DNA of 64,000 nucleotides, taken from positions 45,449 through 109,448 of the forward strand of contig CAYGBT010000004.1 of assembly GCA_964348275.1 (NCBI GenBank), in the 5' to 3' direction. Numbering within the stretch: the stretch's first letter is position 1; each line of letters opens with the position of its first letter. Below are positions 58,822-64,000 of the stretch, in pieces. This stretch comes from an uncultured bacterium. GTDB taxonomy: Bacteria; Methylomirabilota; Methylomirabilia; Methylomirabilales; CSP1-5. The translations under genes were made by a program, and so were the position numbers. Below the pieces are notes generated by a model. That model was given only the letters and a program-made list of their open reading frames with translations, did not search any database and had not been told where the DNA came from.

Positions 58822-58887
58822 CTATTTCTTCTTAGTGGCCTTTTTCTTCTTTGCCGGCTTCTTGGCGGCCTTCTTCTTCTTTGCCAT
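58822..58887 (-). CDS. Mini-ORF, 21-aa poly-lysine peptide MAKKKKAAKKPAKKKKATKKK
   Basis: ATG 58887 to TAG 58822. AGGAGGTGA is 6 nt upstream. An in-frame TGA lies immediately 5' of the ATG. Paralogous to the neighbouring mini-ORF. Confidence 0.5.
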   Translation of the reverse strand: MAKKKKAAKKPAKKKKATKKK

Positions 58888-58945
58888 TCAGTCTCACCTC
58901 CTTTCTTTCGGAGATCGTTCTTCGCGACCTAGCGAGGCACCTCTC

Positions 58946-59008
58946 TTATTTCTTCTTCTTGGGAGCTGCCTTCTTCGTAGTCTTTTTCGCCTTCCGCTTG
59001 GCTGCCAT
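58946..59008 (-). CDS. Mini-ORF, 20-aa lysine-rich peptide MAAKRKAKKTTKKAAPKKKK
   Basis: ATG 59008 to TAA 58946. GGGGGTGA is 6 nt upstream. An in-frame TGA lies 3 codons upstream. Same SD/ATGGCA context as the other mini-ORF. Confidence 0.5.
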   Translation of the reverse strand: MAAKRKAKKTTKKAAPKKKK

Positions 59009-59072
59009 TCCGTCTCACCCCCTTTCCTCGCAGGTCATCCCCCGCGACCCAGCTCAGGGGATGGGTTACACG

Positions 59073-59522
59073 TTATAGAAGTCGCGTCTGGGGGTCCTTG
59101 GCATAGACGCGTTTGGCCACGACCCCCACTAATTGCTCGGCAACGTTCAGCGTTGCTTCCAGCTCATAAAGGGAAATTGGGCGGTCCGCCGAATCCAAGA
59201 GATGCTGTGCCTTCTTTCGAACCTGATCGAGGTCCGCCACCATAGAGACCTCCTCCTCACTGACCAGGCAGGCCGTCAGTTGTAGAAGTGTCCGTGCTTG
59301 ATCTCGCCCTCTGGGACGAAGACCTTCCGCCAGCGTAAGGGCTCGAGCTGCTCGGAGCATTGAGTGAGCGGCAATGACGTAGGCCCACTCTGAATCGGTC
59401 CCCACCATGGCTTGAGCGGTCTTGAGATCTTTTTGAACTCTCGCCATAAGACGATTCGCGCGTTGCAAGTCAGGTGCCACCGCCTCCACCAAGCCCTTGG
59501 CCTTGAGTTGCTCAAAGATCAT
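59073..59522 (-). CDS. HEPN domain protein (Rx4H motif retained)
   Basis: 149 aa, all-helical, with C-terminal ...DQVRKKAQHLL (R-x4-H). 11-nt overlap with the upstream wHTH-NTase gene, the typical two-gene HEPN/NTase arrangement. Confidence 0.75.
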   Translation of the reverse strand: MIFEQLKAKGLVEAVAPDLQRANRLMARVQKDLKTAQAMVGTDSEWAYVIAAHSMLRAARALTLAEGLRPRGRDQARTLLQLTACLVSEEEVSMVADLDQVRKKAQHLLDSADRPISLYELEATLNVAEQLVGVVAKRVYAKDPQTRLL

Positions 59523-60072
59523 GGACCGATCCGATCAATGGGATCGTCCTTCCCTGTAGGACCTCCCGCAGGAAAGGGTCTCCCTCCGCTTTCCGCCGCT
59601 GATATTCCCCTTCGTCAAAGACCAGGCAATTGATACTCCGTCCGATGCGGAGCTCCAGGCCTGCTATGCCCCGATTCAATTGAGCCATGCGAGGTCGCCC
59701 CACCACCAGCAGATCAATCGCCTCTCCCTCCGGGCTCTCCGCCTCGCCAAAGATAAAAGCGACTCGAATTCCCGTAATGTTGCGCAACGCCTCACTAATC
59801 GCCTGCGGGACTCCATGAGTCTTATCGATGATCGCCTTGAGTTCTGGATAAATCGAAAAAGACGTATCGACGGTGTAATACCGAAGATTCCCAACCTTCG
59901 TGCTCGTCAGGAGGCCCGCCTTTTCCAAATTATCTAGCTCCCGCTTGATACCCGAGATGTCCCGTTTGAGCTCCCGGACAATCTCCCTCACGTAGAACCG
60001 ATCCTCTGGACGGCTCAAAAATAGCTCCAGCAGGTCAACCCGTGTCTCGGACGAAAAGAGCCTATCCAGCAT
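59512..60072 (-). CDS. Winged-HTH (ArsR-like) + nucleotidyltransferase-like domain protein, catalytic motif degenerate
   Basis: MLDRLFSSETRVDLLELFLSRP...YVREIVRELKRDISGIKRELDNLEKAGLL (wHTH), then ...RVAFIFGEAESPEGEAIDLLVVG, where the canonical G-S...D-x-D is GE...IDL. Start set to ATG 60072 (GAGGGA upstream); the ORF-track extension runs through the AT-rich promoter. Confidence 0.7.
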   Translation of the reverse strand: MLDRLFSSETRVDLLELFLSRPEDRFYVREIVRELKRDISGIKRELDNLEKAGLLTSTKVGNLRYYTVDTSFSIYPELKAIIDKTHGVPQAISEALRNITGIRVAFIFGEAESPEGEAIDLLVVGRPRMAQLNRGIAGLELRIGRSINCLVFDEGEYQRRKAEGDPFLREVLQGRTIPLIGSVHDL

Positions 60073-60093
60073 CTGAATGTTCCCTCGATGAAA

Positions 60094-60123
60094 GAAATAC
60101 ATCAAAGGATATTTTTTTGTCAA
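60094..60123 (-). promoter_or_regulatory. Candidate promoter in an AT-rich island upstream of the wHTH-NTase/HEPN genes
   Basis: Minus strand reads TTGACA (60123-60118), 17-18 nt, then GTATTT/TATTTC. It sits in a strikingly AT-rich ~110-bp stretch of an otherwise GC-rich window. Confidence 0.45.
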
Positions 60124-60137
60124 CACTTTTTTACACT

Positions 60138-60157
60138 TTTCAAAAAAAATTTTGAAA
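60138..60157. promoter_or_regulatory. Inverted repeat TTTCAAAA-N4-TTTTGAAA just upstream of the -35 (possible operator)
   Basis: Perfect 8-bp arms. The adjacent direct repeat ACACTTTT-TT-ACACTTTT lies at 60123-60140. Confidence 0.35.
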
Positions 60158-60271
60158 TCAACAGATATACCACTTCGGCTTACAGATTGCTTCAAGAGGA
60201 GTGAGACATTGTATGAAAGGAAATGAGAATAGCCGGAGACAAGCAGCCATCCCCGCGTCAGTGCAAGGCCT

Positions 60272-61303
60272 TTACCCTTCTTCTCGCGCCAAGCCTAGCG
60301 GGCCTCCGGGAGATTCCATTTCTCCAAAGAAGAGGGGGCGCTCGAAGCTTCGGTGGAAGACGGTCCACCCCCCACGGTGCGGATCGGGGTGGTGTTTGAC
60401 CAGTTTCAGAAAGAGGTTAACCTTCCCGTCCAAATTTTCCACCGCATGTAGAATGAGGGCCTCGACTGTCTTTGGGCGCCGTGGGGACCCCCACTCATAC
60501 TGTCCGTGATGACTCAGGAGGTTGTGAAGCAGCTCCATGCGGAGTTGCGACGGGAAGTCCGGAATCTGTTGGATGTGTTCTTCAACAAATAATACTCCCT
60601 CGGTAATGTGCCCAAGCAGCCGTCCCTCATCGGAATAATCGAATCCACGTCCCCATGTCAGTTCAAAGATCTTTCCCACATCGTGGAGGATGGCGCTAGC
60701 GACGAGCAGATCGCGATCGACCGCCCGCCCATAATGGGAGGCGATGGCCTCGCAGATCTTGACCACCGAGACGGTGTGTTCGAGCAGACCTCCGAGGTAC
60801 GCGTGGTGGAGCCCTTTGGCCGCTGGCGCCGCAGCAAAGGCCTCGCGAAAGCCTTCTTCCTCAAAAATCCTGGAGAGGAGCTGTTTGAGCGGCTCGCTCG
60901 CAAGAGTGCGGATCCTCTCCTGGAGAAAAGTGAGCATGGAGGGGACATCGGCCTCCGTGGCGGGCAGAAAATCTTCCAGTGCAGCCTCCCCTTCCCGAGC
61001 GTGGCGTAGGCGATGAATAGTGAGTTGCATCTCTCCCTGATAACTCCCGACCATACCCTGCACTTTCACGAGATCCCCCTCCCGGATCCGTTCTCCCACC
61101 CCCTCGAGGTCTTCCCACATCACTGCCGGGAGCTCACCGGTCTGGTCAGCCAAGAGGAGGCTCAGAAAGGGCTCGCCGGTTTTTCGGAGCCGCAATTGGG
61201 GATTTCGTACTAAGAAGAAGGAGATGACGGTATCGTTGAGCTTCAGGTCTTTGACGGCCACTCGCTCAGCCACCACCTTGCTCCCATCCGCGATGCCCAT
61301 CAT
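60272..61303 (-). CDS. OB-fold + HD-domain phosphohydrolase (YhaM/Cbf1-like 3'-5' exoribonuclease family)
   Basis: N-terminal OB fold (…FLVRNPQLRLRKTGEPFLSLLLADQTGELPAVMW…VKVQG…) and an HD domain (…LLEHTVSV…AILHDVGK…). Confidence 0.8.
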   Translation of the reverse strand: MMGIADGSKVVAERVAVKDLKLNDTVISFFLVRNPQLRLRKTGEPFLSLLLADQTGELPAVMWEDLEGVGERIREGDLVKVQGMVGSYQGEMQLTIHRLRHAREGEAALEDFLPATEADVPSMLTFLQERIRTLASEPLKQLLSRIFEEEGFREAFAAAPAAKGLHHAYLGGLLEHTVSVVKICEAIASHYGRAVDRDLLVASAILHDVGKIFELTWGRGFDYSDEGRLLGHITEGVLFVEEHIQQIPDFPSQLRMELLHNLLSHHGQYEWGSPRRPKTVEALILHAVENLDGKVNLFLKLVKHHPDPHRGGWTVFHRSFERPLFFGEMESPGGPLGLAREEG

Positions 61304-62811
61304 GGCTCACCGCGGCGTTCAAGCTGCTGCCTCAGGACCTTTCCCGAGATGGTTCTCGGCAAGCTCTGACACAGCTCCAGTTCCCGGGGGACCTTGAAGG
61401 AGGCCAATCGTTCACGTAGAAACCTTAAGAGCTCCCGTTTGGTCGCGGGCACCCCAGGCTTCAGGACCACGTAAGCCTTCGGCGCTTCGCCCCGCATCGA
61501 ATCCGGGACACCAACGACAGCCACGTCTGCCACTGCAGGATGGGTCGCCAATGTCTCCTCTACTTCTCGGGGATACACGTTCAATCCCCCGACGATGATT
61601 AGGTCTTTCCTGCGGTCGAGGATATAGAAGTATCCGTCTGCATCCTGCCGTCCGAGATCTCCAGAGTAGAGCCAGCCATCCTTTAAGACTTTCGCGGTAG
61701 CCTCGGGTTCATTGAGGTAGCCCAGCATGATGTTGGGACCCCTCGCCACGATCTCGCCCACTTCTCCCGTCGGCACGTCCTTTCCCTCCGCATCGACCAC
61801 CCGGAGTTCCACGTTGGGGAGTGGCTTGCCAACCGAACCGACCTTCCTCGGGCCCAAGGGGGGATTTTCGGTCAGAACCGGAGAAGCCTCCGTGAGGCCG
61901 TAGCCTTCGTAGATCGGGATCCCGTACCGTTCTTCAAACCGATGAAGGATCTCCATAGGCAAGGGCGCGCCTCCAGAAACTGCGAACCGCACTGAGGAGA
62001 GATCGATGTCAAGCGGCGGAAGCTGTGCCCAGACAGCATACATGGATGGGACAGCGGCAAAGACGGTGACGCCCCGCTCCGCAATGCCCCGAAGGGCCTG
62101 TTCGGGAGCAAATCGAGGCTCTAACACGATTCCAGCCCCGATACTCAACGGAAAGAGCATGAGGACGCTGGCAGCGAAGGAGTGAAATAGGGGAAGAATG
62201 CACAGAAAGAGATCCCGCTCGTCACACGGAGCAATCTGGTGAAATGATTCCACGTTGCTCACCAGATTTCCATGGGTGAGGAGCGCTCCTTTCGGTCGGC
62301 CTGTGGTCCCCGAGGTGTACAGGCAGACCGCCACGTCATTCTGCCCCAACCGCGCCGGTTCGTGGGCCGAGTCACGGCTAGGGTCAACAACCCGGACCGC
62401 ATCCCCCAGCGGGCCAGGTCCTGCATCCAACGGGATCACATGCACGGGGTGGCGGAGCCGACTGGTAGCCTCTTGAACACCGGGCAAGAAAATCCGGCTG
62501 GTAAGAATTCGTTCAATCGCCGCATCCTCGACGAGGTAGCAGATCTCCTCGGGCTTATACAGGGTATTGAACGGCACCACCGTCCCGCCAGCCGCCAAGA
62601 TCCCGAAGTAAGACTGAACGAACGCTGGAACGTTTGGCAGCATCACGCCGACCTTCTCTCCTGCCTTAACGCCTAGCTGGCGTAACGCCGCACCGTCGCG
62701 TAATACAGACTCCCACAGATCCCGGTAGGTCAGGAAAAAATCACCGGCAATCAGTGCGGTCTTGTCACCAAATTTTTCTGCGGATCTTTGAAGCAGGTGG
62801 AGAAGGGTCAC
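61300..62811 (-). CDS. fadD: Long-chain-fatty-acid--CoA ligase (AMP-binding family)
   Basis: ...LYTSGTTGRPKGA... AMP-binding motif, ...GYGLTE..., ...SGKVLR. GTG start; ATGA-type overlap with the downstream gene. Confidence 0.85.
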   Translation of the reverse strand: MTLLHLLQRSAEKFGDKTALIAGDFFLTYRDLWESVLRDGAALRQLGVKAGEKVGVMLPNVPAFVQSYFGILAAGGTVVPFNTLYKPEEICYLVEDAAIERILTSRIFLPGVQEATSRLRHPVHVIPLDAGPGPLGDAVRVVDPSRDSAHEPARLGQNDVAVCLYTSGTTGRPKGALLTHGNLVSNVESFHQIAPCDERDLFLCILPLFHSFAASVLMLFPLSIGAGIVLEPRFAPEQALRGIAERGVTVFAAVPSMYAVWAQLPPLDIDLSSVRFAVSGGAPLPMEILHRFEERYGIPIYEGYGLTEASPVLTENPPLGPRKVGSVGKPLPNVELRVVDAEGKDVPTGEVGEIVARGPNIMLGYLNEPEATAKVLKDGWLYSGDLGRQDADGYFYILDRRKDLIIVGGLNVYPREVEETLATHPAVADVAVVGVPDSMRGEAPKAYVVLKPGVPATKRELLRFLRERLASFKVPRELELCQSLPRTISGKVLRQQLERRGEP

Positions 62812-62843
62812 GTCGCATGACCTCGCCAGAGGTTTGGTCCGGG

Positions 62844-62872
62844 ATCATAACAGAGGGCTTCTGCCAAGTCAA
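62844..62872 (-). promoter_or_regulatory. Near-consensus sigma70 promoter of fadD
   Basis: Minus strand reads TTGACT (62872-62867), 17 nt, TATGAT (62849-62844), about 30 nt upstream of the GTG start. Confidence 0.55.
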
Positions 62873-62937
62873 ACACAGGGCAGCGGCCACCGGCGAACCG
62901 TAAGCAGCGTTAGGTGTCTCTGCTGAGCAGGGAACCA

Positions 62938-64000
62938 TTACGGTGGAACCGCTCCGGAGGAATCCATTACCCCGGGCAGGGAAGGTTGTTCACCGCGGCC
63001 CTCAACCGTATCGAGCTTGGCCTCGAAGCGAGCCAGCGCTCCCGCTGCCTCCTCGAATCGGTTCTTGGCATCCGTGACGTGTTTGCCCACCAGGTCAAAC
63101 CGCTCCCGAAACTTCTTCAGATCCACCTGAAGCCGTCCAAGGAGTTCCATAATCTCCCGGGCGTTCTGCTCGATGCGAAGCCCTTTCAATCCGAGGAGTA
63201 TGGTTTGGAGGTAGGCGTAAAAGCTGTTCGGGGATACCGGAATCACTCGGCGTTCATAGGCATACCCCCGGATGGAATCCTCCATTTCATCCTTCACGAT
63301 CACCTCGTAGTAGATGTTCTCTGCTGGGATGTACATGAGGGCGAAGTCGAAGGTTCCTTCATCGGGAAGGATGTATTTCTTCGCAATTTCATTGAGTCGA
63401 TTCTGGACGTCCCTGAGAAAGGCCTTGCGAGCTGTCCTCCGACGCTCCTCGTCTCCGCCCTCGGTGGCCTCCAGCATCTTGCGGAAGTTCTCCAGGGGAA
63501 ACTTCGCGTCCACCGGGACCAAACGACTGCCTAATCGGATGACGGCATCTACCCTTTCGCCACTGCGGAAAGCGTACTGAAGCTCGAAGGCTTCAGCGGG
63601 GAGGATCTGACCCAAAAGTTGCTCCAGCAGCGTTTCGCCAAAGCCTCCCCGGAGTTGAGGAGGTCTAAGAATCTGTTGAAGGCCGGCGATATCCTGGCCT
63701 ACCTCCAGCACGCGCCGGGTCGCCTCGTCTAGTTTCCCTAAACTCCCCTGGACCCCTCCGACAACGTCGGCCGCTCGATCCAGGCGTTCCCCAATAGACT
63801 GATGGGCTTGTTGGATTAAGACAGCACTCTCCTGCAGCCGCTGATTCACCTGGGTCTCCATCCGATGAAGTTCTTGGCTCACTGTGGTACCAAATTGGCC
63901 GATCTGCTGCTGGAGCAAGAGAATGGAAGGGTCTTGCTTGCTGCGGTCTTCCTGGAGACCCTTGAGGGCCCGAGCCATCATCGCCAGGCCAACCCCGAGC
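62938..64000 (-). CDS. rmuC: DNA recombination protein RmuC (5' end off window)
   Basis: Coiled-coil N-half and a C-terminal RmuC nuclease-like domain (…VDAKFPLENF…ALMYIPAE…). The frame stays open upstream of the listed Met to position 64000 (…LGVGLAMMARAL, probably the TM anchor). Confidence 0.85.
   Translation of the reverse strand, partial: LGVGLAMMARALKGLQEDRSKQDPSILLLQQQIGQFGTTVSQELHRMETQVNQRLQESAVLIQQAHQSIGERLDRAADVVGGVQGSLGKLDEATRRVLEVGQDIAGLQQILRPPQLRGGFGETLLEQLLGQILPAEAFELQYAFRSGERVDAVIRLGSRLVPVDAKFPLENFRKMLEATEGGDEERRRTARKAFLRDVQNRLNEIAKKYILPDEGTFDFALMYIPAENIYYEVIVKDEMEDSIRGYAYERRVIPVSPNSFYAYLQTILLGLKGLRIEQNAREIMELLGRLQVDLKKFRERFDLVGKHVTDAKNRFEEAAGALARFEAKLDTVEGRGEQPSLPGVMDSSGAVPP

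Noticed and set aside
58750-59245. Plus-strand ORFs 58750..58932, 58835..59245 and 58851..59078 (Phe/Leu/Ser-rich)
   Set aside because: They are the antisense reading of the lysine-codon runs (AAG/AAA gives CTT/TTT) and of the HEPN gene 3' end. None has an SD, and the minus-strand mini-ORFs with strong SDs explain the sequence better.

Overview
Visibly GC-rich chromosomal segment of a diderm bacterium (lptCAB, rpoN-hpf-rapZ). It is densely packed, with many ATGA/4-nt gene overlaps, and is almost entirely housekeeping. Minus-strand blocks: minor type-IV pilin genes, a cNMP phosphodiesterase and a GAF-GAF-HD-GYP protein (1-5.2 kb) directly abutting a complete trpEGDCFBA operon (5.2-12.1 kb), then trxA. 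Plus-strand block (12.8-23 kb): rnc, smc, ftsY, ribD-ribE-ribBA-ribH-nusB. Back on the minus strand: yceD-rpmF-plsX-fabH-fabD-fabG-acpP-fabF; ndk; mdh(damaged)-sdhCAB-sucCD; der; hflX; pheA-hisC-aroF-tyrA; scpAB; comEA-lysC-pgsA; a TPR protein; an lplA-like gene; lptC-lptA-lptB-rpoN-hpf-rapZ; gcdH; an OB/HD nuclease; fadD; rmuC. I saw no rRNA, tRNA, CRISPR array or transposase gene. The only accessory-looking islet is 58.7-60.2 kb. It holds an AT-rich promoter, a wHTH-(degenerate)nucleotidyltransferase plus HEPN pair, and two unannotated tandem mini-ORFs encoding 20-21 aa poly-lysine peptides. These end 12 nt before a strong hairpin just upstream of glutaryl-CoA dehydrogenase, a lysine-catabolic enzyme, so this may be a lysine-sensing leader/attenuator. 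Other hunt results: (i) a family of intergenic hairpin elements whose arms are tandem heptanucleotide arrays (GTTCACN / GTCAGCN / GTTCATN), 7 copies, all at gene junctions inside operons, some donating start/stop codons; (ii) two copies of a 108-bp MITE-like element with 16-bp terminal inverted repeats, inserted exactly at the stop codons of sucD and rpoN; (iii) mdh with two homopolymer frameshifts plus a GxGxxG lesion; (iv) a >306-codon pilX-like ORF at the left edge that is missing from the ORF track. All coordinates, starts and alignments were worked out by eye; no database search or folding program was used.
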